A DNA stretch of 64,000 nucleotides from an uncultured delta proteobacterium. GTDB lineage: Bacteria; Myxococcota; B64-G9. Below, piece after piece: positions 49,847-60,201 of this stretch; within the stretch, counting starts at the first letter, position 1, and each line of letters begins with the position of its first letter. The notes under the pieces are model-generated. The model was not told the DNA's origin. It searched no databases and saw nothing but the letters and a program-made list of their open reading frames with translations. The position numbers were made by a program, and so were the translations under genes. The DNA lies in assembly GCA_963754925.1 (NCBI GenBank), contig CAVWHX010000003.1:512001-576000 (forward strand). The letters are read 5' to 3'.

Positions 49847-52108
49847 ATGTCTAAGCTCAAGGGAGTCATCATAGTTGTGCTATTGGTGGTTGTCGGAGGA
49901 GCAGCCACCTTTCTTTGGTTCACCAAGTATCGCCAACAACAAGTCCTGGATCAAGCCCCCCGAGACATGAAGGGCGTGGATGTCCTCAGTTTGCTCAAAG
50001 TTCAGTCGTTCGAAGTTCTTCAAGGCCTTTCCGTCCATACTCGCTCTGAGGCATTACTTAATCCGCTTGCCAAGCTACCGGCGGCCGGGACCGCAGCGGG
50101 CGCTTCTGCTGACGAAGCTCAAAAAAACGCCTTTACGCTCGTGCGCGCCGAGCTGATGGCGGCATTAGATGATATTCATAAAAAAGCGTCGGCGGATGAG
50201 ATTCAAAAGAGAATAGCAACCGAACCCCTGATGATTCTGACGGCCGATGGCAAAATCCTGGCCCAAATCCCGGACAAGGAGAAGTACGGTACGAGCCTCA
50301 AGGGGCTGCCCGCGGTCGAAAAATGCCTGCAGGGCGTTAGCCTCGACGGCATCTACGAATTAGACGGCTCTCTTAAACATATGGCCGCGGTGCCGCTCGT
50401 TGACAAAACCGGAAAGATCCCCGGGTGCTTGGCTGCGGTTAGTGAATTCGGGCTTACGACCTTAACGGAGCTCTCCAAGATGCTCGGGTTCGGGTTGCAA
50501 ATGGCGATTTTCACTCGCAAGACGGTTGTCGTTTCGACCATTGAAAACAACCTCGTCCAACCGCTCGCCGAACAGCTTGAGTCCAAGGAACCCGTTTGGT
50601 TTGGCGAAACCAAGTCTGCCCCTTGGCTGGTCGACTTGGGGGGTAAAGCATTTCTGGCTAGCATAATTCGAATCCCCTCGGGAACCGATCCGCTCTATCT
50701 CAGCGCGATACTTCCGGTCGCGGACCTCCTTACCGAGCTCAAGGACGCTCAAAACCGTCTGCTGCTAGGCCTGGGCATTTTGCTTGTTATGGGATTGCTC
50801 TTGGTGTTCTTGCTGAGCACCGAGCGTGAGAGCGAAAAGGATCTGGAGCGGCTGCGGGAAGGGGTAAAAATCTTGGCGGCGGGAGACAAATCCTTTGTTC
50901 TCGACGCCGATAGCTATGGCAGACCATACCGCGAACTCGCGCGCAACATTGCGCAGCTTGCGAGCGCTGGCCAGAACAACAAAACGTTTCCGTCGAGGAG
51001 CGATTCATTATCGGATCTGTTAGGGACGCTACCATCTTCATCATTAACCGAAAAGAAAGGTACCGCCAGCTCACCGCCATCTGAGGTGTTGGACTTCGAC
51101 AAGCTTCTCGATACCAGGTCGGGCGATTCTTTTGAAAGAAGTGCGGCCAGCGCTTCAGGCACGGTGCCCCTCCAAACGTCGTCGGCATCGTCCCCAGCAG
51201 AACTGGCGTCGTTTTACGAACCGTCACCCGCTCCTCCAAAAGAGATCGAACCAAATGGTGCATCCGCATTGGATTTGCCCTCGGAGCAACCAACGGTTTC
51301 CAGACTATCTCCGGCGATACCGTTTCAAGCAACACCCACGGTCGAATCTGTTATCCGACCGCAACCGGCGCCGGTCCATCCTGCCGCCACCCCGTTATCG
51401 GAGGTTGGCCCACGGGTCGAGCTACCTACCGATCTCGTCGGCATCTTCGACGAACGCATTGACACTCGCGAAATAAAACCTATCATCCCGGCTTCAGGCT
51501 GGCCGGAGCGATTAGCCCAGAACGCCCCGAACGATTCCCCTCTGCGGCTGGAACCAACGCTCCCGCTCAACACGCAGGAAGCGCCAACATCGTCAAAGAT
51601 GCCCGCGTATCGTCCAGCGGCGCCCGATACTAACATCAACGACCAAATTACTTCTTCAGACTATCGGCTCGACCAAACGATTATCGCCGCGGTTCCCGAT
51701 GAGCTCCTCAGAGCTTCGTCGACCTTGAACGCTCAAGAAACCCTGCGGAGCATCATACCCACGGACTTGCCAAAACCTCCCTCGATCTCGATGCCGCCCA
51801 CCATCTCTCTTCCACCGATCTCTAATTCTTCACTCCTTCCCTCGGGTTCGCAGTCGGCGTTAGGGCGGCAGCCGTCGCCAAGCGTTTCCGGAGGCGATGA
51901 AGCCCACTTCAAAGAAATTTTCGATCAGTTCGTTAAAACGAAAAACCAATGTGGCGAATCAACGGTGGGTCTTACCATAGAACCGTTCGCAGAGAAGCTG
52001 CGCAAGAATACCGCGGATCTTAAGAGTCGTTACAAATGTTCAACGGTGAAGTTTCAAGTGTATGTGAAGAACGGTAAAGCCGCCCTCAAGGCCACCCCCA
52101 TTAAGTAG
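49847..52108 (+). CDS. MXAN_5187-like membrane protein (Cache-like, HAMP-like, long Pro/Ser linker, conserved C-terminal domain)
   Basis: Two TM segments; C-terminal DEAHFKEIFDQFVKTKNQCGE...KLRKN...VKFQVYVKNGKAALKATP. Confidence 0.8.
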   Translation: MSKLKGVIIVVLLVVVGGAATFLWFTKYRQQQVLDQAPRDMKGVDVLSLLKVQSFEVLQGLSVHTRSEALLNPLAKLPAAGTAAGASADEAQKNAFTLVRAELMAALDDIHKKASADEIQKRIATEPLMILTADGKILAQIPDKEKYGTSLKGLPAVEKCLQGVSLDGIYELDGSLKHMAAVPLVDKTGKIPGCLAAVSEFGLTTLTELSKMLGFGLQMAIFTRKTVVVSTIENNLVQPLAEQLESKEPVWFGETKSAPWLVDLGGKAFLASIIRIPSGTDPLYLSAILPVADLLTELKDAQNRLLLGLGILLVMGLLLVFLLSTERESEKDLERLREGVKILAAGDKSFVLDADSYGRPYRELARNIAQLASAGQNNKTFPSRSDSLSDLLGTLPSSSLTEKKGTASSPPSEVLDFDKLLDTRSGDSFERSAASASGTVPLQTSSASSPAELASFYEPSPAPPKEIEPNGASALDLPSEQPTVSRLSPAIPFQATPTVESVIRPQPAPVHPAATPLSEVGPRVELPTDLVGIFDERIDTREIKPIIPASGWPERLAQNAPNDSPLRLEPTLPLNTQEAPTSSKMPAYRPAAPDTNINDQITSSDYRLDQTIIAAVPDELLRASSTLNAQETLRSIIPTDLPKPPSISMPPTISLPPISNSSLLPSGSQSALGRQPSPSVSGGDEAHFKEIFDQFVKTKNQCGESTVGLTIEPFAEKLRKNTADLKSRYKCSTVKFQVYVKNGKAALKATPIK

Positions 52109-52235
52109 CGAACGCGCGCCCTGTCCCTGCTTGAAACGTCGAGACAAAATCCCGTCTCGCACCTGAGATACGAGGCGCTGCAGGAGGAACCGTGTGAGTG
52201 TACAGCCTCTACGGTGCAGTTACCACAACGCAGAT

Positions 52236-52406
52236 TTATTTCTTAGCGCGCTTGCGGCCTTTCTTCGCAGGGGATTTTTTAGTTTTCTTTGCGATTTTCT
52301 TTTTAGCCGTCTTTTTAGCTGGCTTCCTGGCTGACTTCTTCCTTGCAACTTTTGCTGCTACCTTTTTTACTACTCTCTTTTTCGATCCCGTTCTGCAGCA
52401 CACCAT
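52236..52406 (-). CDS. Small Lys/Arg/Ala-rich histone H1-like protein (56 aa)
   Basis: Below ORF-track cutoff; AAGGAGG RBS; MVCCRTGSKKRVVKKVAAKVARKKSARKPAKKTAKKKIAKKTKKSPAKKGRKRAKK. Confidence 0.8.
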   Translation of the reverse strand: MVCCRTGSKKRVVKKVAAKVARKKSARKPAKKTAKKKIAKKTKKSPAKKGRKRAKK

Positions 52407-52630
52407 GATCGGCCTCCTTGCGTGTTGGTATTGCCAGCTTCAAACCCCCTCGTGGGACTACCGCTCAACAAACGACCGTTATACTTCGTTGACTAATTTT
52501 CATTATACCATCGTTGTTGATATCAGCAAAAATTATTCCACAAAGTTGCAAAATATTTTTCAGCGAAGAACCTCCCTGTTGTTGACCGCAGATGATCTCA
52601 TGGCGTCGAAGTGGTGGTGTGGATCCGCCG

Positions 52631-55237
52631 TCACTGAAACAATCCTTTGAGAAGATCGCGCGCCGTCTCACCAGTCGTCGCCTGCTGCGCATTCTCAGTT
52701 TCACGCAACGAGTATTCGCGTGGCTCGGTGCCTTCGACAAACACCTCTTCTTTCGCATCCTCCAACCCGGGTTGCGCGAGGAGGCCGTTCTGTGGATCGA
52801 TCTTAGCGAAGACCACATCGGACGGAGCGGAGAAGTCATCGACCGGGTGATCATTCAATGCCGCCTCCATGAATTCGATCCAGATCGGAAGCGCCGTCCC
52901 GGCCCCCTGAGACCAACTCGTGCCCAAGCGTGCGTGATCGTCAAATCCCACCCACACCGAGGTTACCAAGTCAGGAGCATAGCCCACAAACCAGCCGTCG
53001 CGATGTTCGCTGGTGGTTCCGGTCTTACCGGCCAACGGTCGCTTGAGTGAAAGCGCACGCTTGCCCGTACCTTCTTCAATCACTTCTTTGAGTAACGAGG
53101 TCATAGCATATGCCTCGCCGGCGCTCATAACCTGTCGCGGCTCGCCGCTTCTAAACGGCAACGCCGTTCCGTGAGGCGTCGTAATGCTCGTGACAAAAAC
53201 CGGTTCGGCAGCGACGCCCCCTGCCGCGAACGTGGCGTAGGCATTGGCCAACTCCAGCGGTGTAACTTCATACGCTCCCAATGCCAGTGAAAGGGTGTTT
53301 TCAAGCGGTGATTGAATACCCAAGTCTTTAGCGAGAGCGATAACCGCATCGGGCCCAAGGTCGTTGGTGATTTTTACCGCAATGGTGTTGATCGAATGCG
53401 CGAGTGCATAGCGCAGGCTGACTTTTCCTTGGAACTCGCGCTCGAAATTCATCGGCTTCCAGGTTTTGATCTGGTAGTAGACCTCTGGCGTATCCATCAA
53501 AATGGTGGCTGGCGTATAGGATCGGGAGTGTATCGCCGCAGCATACACGAGCGGCTTGAAGGCAGAGCCGGGTTGGCGACGCGATTGCACCGCGCGAATC
53601 AATGGCGAGCGACGGAAATCGCTGCCTCCCACCAACGCTGTTACGTACCGATTCTGCGGCTCGATCGCTACCAGTGCGCCCTGAACGAGAGGTGGTTGGC
53701 CGAGAACCACGCTCACCGTGTTTGAAGAAACGCGCCCAATCTGTACCTCCACCACATCGCCGACTGCCACAACATCGGTGACCGAAGTGGGCGGCGCGGT
53801 CCACGTCACCGGGGAGAACGCGCGCGCCCACTTAACACCAGCTTCATCCATGGTTGCGTTTCGTGATCCGAGGTCAAGCCGCGCCACCGCCTGCTTACCC
53901 TTGCCCGATATCGCCACTACCGGCACGGTCAGGTATTCGCCCTCGCGCGGGGCCACCCATTGCGCCGTCCACGGCTCAGACCCCGCCGTGGGCGCATCGG
54001 TATCGGCATCTTTCATTAACGACCAGACCGCGCCGGTCGGCAGGGATGCTGGCCGGGTGTCATGCAACGCTTTAATTGCTTCGGCGGTGAGGCTTCCTAA
54101 CCGACCGCGGTAGCCCTGCTGCCGATCGATTTCACGCAGTCCGCGCTCCACCGCCTGACGCGCCTGCTGCTGCTCGTCAAGATCGAGCGCCAGTTCCACG
54201 CGCAACCCGCCGCGATTGATGAATGCTTTGGCGAATTCTGCTTCTTCATTATCTGTGCCCGCACTCGTCATTTTCTCATTGACGCTCTCAAATAGACTTC
54301 GAAAGAACTCCGTGCCATACTCCTTTTCCAACAATGGCCGGACCTCCTCGCGGCTAAATTCCTTCTCCAACAAACGCCGAACCTCTTCAGCATAGTACGG
54401 TGCCAGTTCATAAAAGTTTGGCGCCTGTCCCACGACCGCGAGCGGCTCTTGCTTTGCGCGCATAATATCGGCGGTCGGCAAGCCAAACTTGTCCTTCATT
54501 TGATCCAATACCCAGTTGCGCCGCTGTAATGCAGCTTCCGGGTGTTTTATCGGAGAATACAGCACCGGAGATTTTGGAAGGGACGCCAACAATGCTCCTT
54601 CCGCGAGGCTCACCTCGTTGATGTCTTTATTAAAGTAATACCGGCTCGCTTCCTGCACGCCGTAACAGTGATGTCCAAAATAGATTTGATTCAGGTACAG
54701 ACTCAAGATCTCGTCCTTGGTCAGGTTCGCCTCCAGACGCAACGCCAACAAAAGCTCACGAATTTTTCGGCGATAGCTGCGCTCTGAACCCAGAACGAAG
54801 GTCTTAATCACTTGCTGGGTGATGGTGCTGCCGCCTTGCACAACCCGACCAGCCTTGAGGTTGTTCCAAAACGCGCGCAGCAGGCCGCCAAAGGCCATGC
54901 CCTGGTGGTGGTAGAAATCCGCATCCTCGGCAGCCAAGAAAGCCTTGCGGATATTGGGCGGAACCCGGTCAAGGTCAACCGTGGTGCGCTTCTCGTCATA
55001 AAACTCGGCGACCAGGCGACCGCTTCGGTCGAAAAGACGGGTGACCTGCGGCGGCTTGTAGTCAGCAAGAGTTTCGAACGAGGGCAAGCCCCGCGAAAAA
55101 TACAACAGCCACCCAACGACAACCAACACACCCATAAAAAAAACAATTGCTATGGCGATAGACGCTCGGGTCAGAAAGCTACGCCATGGGGACGCTCTGT
55201 TTTGATTCTTCTTGTTCTTTGTTTTCTTCTTAATCAT
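52631..55237 (-). CDS. mrcA: Class A penicillin-binding protein 1A
   Basis: TM anchor; EDADFYHH, GGSTITQQ, RKIRE, KDEIL..YLN; transpeptidase SAFK, SIN, KTGT; OB-like insertion. Confidence 0.92.
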   Translation of the reverse strand: MIKKKTKNKKNQNRASPWRSFLTRASIAIAIVFFMGVLVVVGWLLYFSRGLPSFETLADYKPPQVTRLFDRSGRLVAEFYDEKRTTVDLDRVPPNIRKAFLAAEDADFYHHQGMAFGGLLRAFWNNLKAGRVVQGGSTITQQVIKTFVLGSERSYRRKIRELLLALRLEANLTKDEILSLYLNQIYFGHHCYGVQEASRYYFNKDINEVSLAEGALLASLPKSPVLYSPIKHPEAALQRRNWVLDQMKDKFGLPTADIMRAKQEPLAVVGQAPNFYELAPYYAEEVRRLLEKEFSREEVRPLLEKEYGTEFFRSLFESVNEKMTSAGTDNEEAEFAKAFINRGGLRVELALDLDEQQQARQAVERGLREIDRQQGYRGRLGSLTAEAIKALHDTRPASLPTGAVWSLMKDADTDAPTAGSEPWTAQWVAPREGEYLTVPVVAISGKGKQAVARLDLGSRNATMDEAGVKWARAFSPVTWTAPPTSVTDVVAVGDVVEVQIGRVSSNTVSVVLGQPPLVQGALVAIEPQNRYVTALVGGSDFRRSPLIRAVQSRRQPGSAFKPLVYAAAIHSRSYTPATILMDTPEVYYQIKTWKPMNFEREFQGKVSLRYALAHSINTIAVKITNDLGPDAVIALAKDLGIQSPLENTLSLALGAYEVTPLELANAYATFAAGGVAAEPVFVTSITTPHGTALPFRSGEPRQVMSAGEAYAMTSLLKEVIEEGTGKRALSLKRPLAGKTGTTSEHRDGWFVGYAPDLVTSVWVGFDDHARLGTSWSQGAGTALPIWIEFMEAALNDHPVDDFSAPSDVVFAKIDPQNGLLAQPGLEDAKEEVFVEGTEPREYSLRETENAQQATTGETARDLLKGLFQ

Positions 55238-55250
55238 AGCGACTTCTAAT

Positions 55251-55305
55251 CCCCTGTCGGGGATAAGAGATTGTAAGCCTCGCTTCGCTCGGCAACAATC
55301 TCTAA
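55251..55305 (+). repeat. Short hairpin element (family A)
   Basis: CCCCTGTCGGGGATAAGAGATTGTAAGCCTCGCTTCGCTCGGCAACAATCTCTAA; core nearly identical to the 7730 copy. Confidence 0.85.
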
Positions 55306-55553
55306 TGCACCGGCTCCTGCGGAAATATAAACTCGCTGTCGCAGGTCGGACATTGGTACCGTTCGACAATCTCGCCATTCAGATCGCGCCCAAACACATA
55401 GGATTCCAATACCACTTCTTCCCCACAAGCCGGGCACATATCCGCGCCAATAAAACGAAGGTACTCGAGTTTTTTTGAAGTTTCAGATGAAGGTCGAGAT
55501 TTGATTCGACGACTCGTTCGGAGATACTCGCGCAGTAAATGATGTTGGTTCAT
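55302..55553 (-). CDS. Small zinc-ribbon protein
   Basis: CPAC...CPTC; lies between pck and PBP1A on the same strand. Confidence 0.6.
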   Translation of the reverse strand: MNQHHLLREYLRTSRRIKSRPSSETSKKLEYLRFIGADMCPACGEEVVLESYVFGRDLNGEIVERYQCPTCDSEFIFPQEPVH

Positions 55554-55574
55554 GCTCAGGGGAGTCCATCGATG

Positions 55575-57395
55575 TCAAAGAAACGAGCCCAATTTTTTAG
55601 CTCTTTGCTCCAGAGCCCGGCGCTCGAGCTCGAGATCTTTCGGCAGCCGGTCGCCAAACCGTTTGAAGAATTCCTTCAAGTCTTCTGCTTCAGCCGACGC
55701 ACCGGCGCCGGTGACTTCGGTAAGCGTGCGGAACTTCTCTTGGCTAAAATCAATGCCATGCCAATTGAGGTCGCTGTAGCGCGGCATCCGTCCAAAAACG
55801 CCATCGGTTGCATCGACGGCCCCGGTGACGCGGTTGACAATCCACTGAATCACTCGCATGTTCTGCCCGTAGCCAGGCCAGATAAATTTACCGCTATCGT
55901 CCTTGCGAAACCAGTTGACCCGAAAGATCTTCGGGAGCCGATAGCCTTTGCTTTCCATCCCCAACCAATGCCGCCAGTAATCGGCCATGTTGTAAGCGGT
56001 AAACGGCAACATAGCGAACGGATCGCGACGGATGGCCGCCTGCCCGATCGCGGCGGCAGTCGCCTCGGAACCCATGGTGGCCGCCATGAAGACACCGTGC
56101 TTCCAATTGAATGATTCAAAAACCAGCGGGAAGGTTTTCGAAAGCCTTCCGCCGAAAACAAACGCGCTGATAGGTACACCCTGGGGGTCCTCCCAGGAAG
56201 GATCAATGATCGGGCACTGGGCCGCCGGCGCCGTGAAGCGCGAGTTCGGATGCGCTGCAAGCTGGCCGCTGTGGGGGGTCCAATCGTTGCCCTTCCAATC
56301 GATGGCATGGGCCGGAGCCGGACCCATACCTTCCCACCACACGTCGCCGTCATCGGTGAGCGCAACATTGGTGAAGATGCAGTTCGCACTGATCGTTTCC
56401 ATAGCTACCGGATTCGAGTCGTAGGACGTGCCCGGCGCGACACCGAAGAAACCAGACTCCGGGTTGACGGCGCGCAACGAGCCGTCCAACGCCGGCTTAA
56501 TCCAGGCGATATCGTCGCCGACGGTGGAAGCCTTCCAATCCTGCAAGCCCTTCGGCGGAACAATCATCGCCAGGTTGGTCTTGCCGCAGGCGCTGGGAAA
56601 GGCCCCGGCCACGTAAATTTTTTGTCCCTGCGGGGATTGCAGCCCTAGGATCAACATATGCTCGGCCAACCAGCCCTCGTCGCGGGCGAGCACCGATCCG
56701 ATGCGCAGCGCCAGGCACTTCTTGCCCAGCAACGCGTTGCCGCCGTACCCGCTGCCGTAAGACCAAATCTCGCGTGTTTCCGGAAAGTGCGAAATGAACT
56801 TGTTGCCGATATTCGGCTCGCACGGCCAAGCGACGTCCTTCTGGCCCGGCGTAAGCGGCGCGCCGACCGAATGCAGGCACTTGACGAAAGAACCGTTGCC
56901 GAGCACGTCCAGCACTGCCTGACCCATGCGGGTCATGATACGCATGTTGACGACCACATAGGGGGAATCGGTCAATTGCACTCCGATGTGTGCCACCGGC
57001 GCGCCCAGCGGGCCCATGCTGAAGGGAATCACATAGAGCGTCCGGCCGCGCATACTGCCGTCAAAACTTTTGGTCAAGAGGCGCTTCATCTCATCGGGGG
57101 CCATCCAGTTGTTGGTGGGTCCGGCGTCCTCTTTGTTCTTGGGGCAAACAAAGGTGCGCTCCTCCACCCGCGCCACATCGCTCGGGTGGGACCGAGCTAA
57201 AAAGCAATTGGGTCGCTTTTGGGGGTTGAGTCGAATGAACGCGCCGCATTGTACCATCTCTTCGCATAGCCGATCGTATTCCTGCTGCGAACCGTCGCAC
57301 CAATGTATTTGATCCGGCTTGCACAGCGCCGCCATTTCGTCGACCCAGGCGAGTAACATGGCGTTTGAGGTCCGTTTGCGTGCCGTGGCTGTCAT
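55575..57395 (-). CDS. pckG: Phosphoenolpyruvate carboxykinase (GTP)
   Basis: [51 protein letters not shown]. Confidence 0.96.
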   Translation of the reverse strand: MTATARKRTSNAMLLAWVDEMAALCKPDQIHWCDGSQQEYDRLCEEMVQCGAFIRLNPQKRPNCFLARSHPSDVARVEERTFVCPKNKEDAGPTNNWMAPDEMKRLLTKSFDGSMRGRTLYVIPFSMGPLGAPVAHIGVQLTDSPYVVVNMRIMTRMGQAVLDVLGNGSFVKCLHSVGAPLTPGQKDVAWPCEPNIGNKFISHFPETREIWSYGSGYGGNALLGKKCLALRIGSVLARDEGWLAEHMLILGLQSPQGQKIYVAGAFPSACGKTNLAMIVPPKGLQDWKASTVGDDIAWIKPALDGSLRAVNPESGFFGVAPGTSYDSNPVAMETISANCIFTNVALTDDGDVWWEGMGPAPAHAIDWKGNDWTPHSGQLAAHPNSRFTAPAAQCPIIDPSWEDPQGVPISAFVFGGRLSKTFPLVFESFNWKHGVFMAATMGSEATAAAIGQAAIRRDPFAMLPFTAYNMADYWRHWLGMESKGYRLPKIFRVNWFRKDDSGKFIWPGYGQNMRVIQWIVNRVTGAVDATDGVFGRMPRYSDLNWHGIDFSQEKFRTLTEVTGAGASAEAEDLKEFFKRFGDRLPKDLELERRALEQRAKKLGSFL

Positions 57396-57608
57396 GGATG
57401 CACCTCACTCTTAATGGTTTGCTGCTGCTTACCGCGGCCCATGCTTCTTTCGAAAACCACGCACGGGATTTTCGAACTCGGTGTCAGAAATAAGCATAGC
57501 CGCTACTGAGGTGTCAAGTGCCGCAAGCTCGGCAAGAGCAACGGCCATCAATCATTGTATGCTGGCGCTTGAAGTTCCCGACCTACCACGGACTCATGGT
57601 GATCATAG

Positions 57609-59165
57609 TTAATTGGCAGGCTCGCCCTTATGATCGGGATCAGCGGGGTCATCGTAATAGTTTTCTGTCCATTCGGCCCATCCCGGACCGCCTGAAACAG
57701 CTACGGGACCATAGCCATAGTCCACAAACCTATTGTTGTTTGCTTTCATATCATTGCCATAGCCAAAATTGTTGGCTTCTAATGCGATACACCAATTTGC
57801 CGTATAGAACAGATTACCTTCAATCAAAACATGGTCTATATATCCTGCCCAAGCCTGAATAAATAACGCGCCGGAATCACTCCCTGTTCTACTTATCAAG
57901 TAATTATTTCTCCAAATCAAGCTCGTTCCGTCGAATGATCTGATGGTTGCGCTTTCATTGTGTGATTGCTGACCGCCATAAATACCTCCCCGTAAATCAT
58001 GGACATAATTGTTTTCAATCAAAGCATTAAGTTGACCCGATCCGAATACACAAATTCCGTCTCCCATACCGAAAATATTGCTTCGTTGTACGGTTGCAAT
58101 GCCACGAACAGCACAATCCGCATAAACATAGGGATCGGTTATTGCGCTCCCATCGATGTCACAATCAATAATCGTATTCGGATACTGTGAAGCCGTACCC
58201 ATAAATGGATCATACGTAAATACCAGACTACCAACTCCCCAGGTATCCGCTGGTTGTATCCAACATCGGTCAAGGGTTATGTTTCCGTTTACCAATATTA
58301 AAGGAGTCGTTATTTTTTTTAAACTTATGACTGTTCCCTGCTCTAAAGTCGATGGCCCGTCATAAACCGGAAGTGAGTTTTTATCGATACCGGCGCCGGC
58401 AAGCCCGGTGTTCGTTTCATTGAGCTGCCAACCCATGAGTTGCACAACGACCACATAGCTCTTCTGGGTGGTTCCGTCCGACGCCGTGACATCGACGGTG
58501 ATGCTCATCTTCGCGGGACGAATAGGCAAGGGCTGCGTCGCCGTTCCCGAAGCCACAAGCACGTCCTGCACCCGGATCGACGCTCCACTCTCCGCCGCCG
58601 TGGGCGTTACGACCACCGATGCGCCGGAACCTGAGACGGTCGCGGTATAGGATGTTATCGAAGGATCAAACAACGGTGTGAGCGTCGCTTGCGATAATAC
58701 GAGAGAACTCAGATCGGCATTGTGGCTTGCGCCCGGCTGACGCGTCACCACGATAGTGTAGGTCTTCTGGGTCGAGCCATCAGCAGCTGTTACCACCACG
58801 GTGATCGTGTTGGCTCCAACCGCGAGCGCTATCGGCGCCGAGGCGACACCCGATGCGACCGAGATCCCTTGCACCGTGATAGCGGCCTGGTTGTCGAGCG
58901 TAGTCGCCGTGACGCTCACCGAGCCGACGGCGTTTGCCGCAGTCGCGCTGTAGCTGCTCGTGTCTCGGTTGAATTCAGGCACCAACGTCCCCTCGGAAAG
59001 CGAAACTCCCGCCAAACGAGCTTCGGCGCTCGGCGCCACCGACCCGTCGACTACGCCCTGAATAGTGCAGCCCGTCGTAACCGCTAAAGCTAAATAGACA
59101 ATAATCGCTAGCATATGCCTCAAGCGCCCCAAGCGAATAACTGCTCTTAAGCTTAGGTTCGCCAT
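57609..59165 (-). CDS. Secreted protein: two cadherin-like beta-sandwich domains + right-handed beta-helix
   Basis: Repeated L..L.LS..TL.P.F....SY.A units; C-terminal IENNYVHD, IEGNLF, NNNRF repeats; lipobox-like TTGC. Confidence 0.75.
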   Translation of the reverse strand: MANLSLRAVIRLGRLRHMLAIIVYLALAVTTGCTIQGVVDGSVAPSAEARLAGVSLSEGTLVPEFNRDTSSYSATAANAVGSVSVTATTLDNQAAITVQGISVASGVASAPIALAVGANTITVVVTAADGSTQKTYTIVVTRQPGASHNADLSSLVLSQATLTPLFDPSITSYTATVSGSGASVVVTPTAAESGASIRVQDVLVASGTATQPLPIRPAKMSITVDVTASDGTTQKSYVVVVQLMGWQLNETNTGLAGAGIDKNSLPVYDGPSTLEQGTVISLKKITTPLILVNGNITLDRCWIQPADTWGVGSLVFTYDPFMGTASQYPNTIIDCDIDGSAITDPYVYADCAVRGIATVQRSNIFGMGDGICVFGSGQLNALIENNYVHDLRGGIYGGQQSHNESATIRSFDGTSLIWRNNYLISRTGSDSGALFIQAWAGYIDHVLIEGNLFYTANWCIALEANNFGYGNDMKANNNRFVDYGYGPVAVSGGPGWAEWTENYYDDPADPDHKGEPAN

Positions 59166-59325
59166 GCCGGCACCTCATCGAAAAAATTAACCATTAATTG
59201 TATATTATACGCCTCTATCAATAATTTTCAACGTTCCGTTGGAATTGAATAAATTTATAATTATATGATCCTCTACCCTGGAAATTCCCTGATCCCGATG
59301 GGTTGTTTGGGTCAGGTCAGGCCGA

Positions 59326-60201
59326 TCATTGCCCGCGTCCTTTTTTTCCGCGGGTGCTGTTGGCGGGACGTTTCTTTTTCGCTCCGGGTAGTTCTGGATG
59401 TCGCGCGAGAAATGCGGTCATAAGCTCTGGTCCGGTACGGCGAGCAAATGCCTCCGTATGTGCCTGAGCCCAGTCAAGGGCCAGAGTCATGACGAGCCAT
59501 GGCTCCGGCGTGTTCGGATCAGTCCGCTCGATGCTGGCAAGCTGCTTCCAGAGCGCCCCCGGCATCTCCACTCGTTCCACACCCTCTCTTGTCGGCGCAC
59601 GACAGGCTTCGGCTGGCGACGTGACCAAGTACTCCCGGCAAACCAGGGGCCGGTCTCTATAGATTGAGCAGCTCTCCTCCTCCAGAAACGGGCATTTGAT
59701 ACCCAGTGCGAAATACGCGAGCGCTACCGCCTCATACTCCTGCCGTGACAAGCGCTCCGGATGGCGAAGCTCTTGCCCTATTTCCGTGGCCGCAACTTTT
59801 TGATGCGCGGCCATAAAGCGTCGCTGTAATTCCGTGCGACGGGGCTCGGTCATGCCATCGACCAGTGCTTTGAGAGCATAGGCTTCGGTCTTCGCGATGG
59901 GCACCAACTGGCAACAGCATGCCCCACAGCCTGCGCGACACGATACCTTTTTACCGTGGGCCTCTGCCCGACGCACACTTCGCGCCACAATCGTCTTTTC
60001 AAGCGATCGGATCGCAGGAAGAAGATCGCTCGGCCGACATGGCCCTCGCGGCAGCTCGAGGTCTTGAATGATGTTATCTTCGAAGATGTTAAAGGAAACC
60101 GTCACCGGGGTGGTTGCGGTGTTTTCATCAACCGGACCGATCATTTGATTGATATCCGAAGGCTTCCACCGCCACCATCCTGGATCATTAGTCATAAACA
60201 C
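59326..60201 (-). CDS. YkgJ-family cysteine-cluster (CxxxCxxCC) protein
   Basis: SCRAGCGACC, CPFL...CSIYRDRPLVCR. Confidence 0.85.
   Translation of the reverse strand: MFMTNDPGWWRWKPSDINQMIGPVDENTATTPVTVSFNIFEDNIIQDLELPRGPCRPSDLLPAIRSLEKTIVARSVRRAEAHGKKVSCRAGCGACCCQLVPIAKTEAYALKALVDGMTEPRRTELQRRFMAAHQKVAATEIGQELRHPERLSRQEYEAVALAYFALGIKCPFLEEESCSIYRDRPLVCREYLVTSPAEACRAPTREGVERVEMPGALWKQLASIERTDPNTPEPWLVMTLALDWAQAHTEAFARRTGPELMTAFLARHPELPGAKKKRPANSTRGKKGRGQ

Noticed and set aside
52198..52650. 150-aa Phe-rich plus-strand ORF as a membrane protein
   Set aside because: The Phe/Leu run is the antisense of the Lys-rich small gene, which has the strong RBS.
7730..55305. Dispersed repeats as a CRISPR array
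   Set aside because: Copies are kilobases apart, with no repeat-spacer periodicity and no cas genes.
55238..55378. N-terminal extension of the PBP1A ORF
   Set aside because: It runs through the repeat element and the neighbouring gene; ATG 55237 gives the normal basic tail plus TM anchor.
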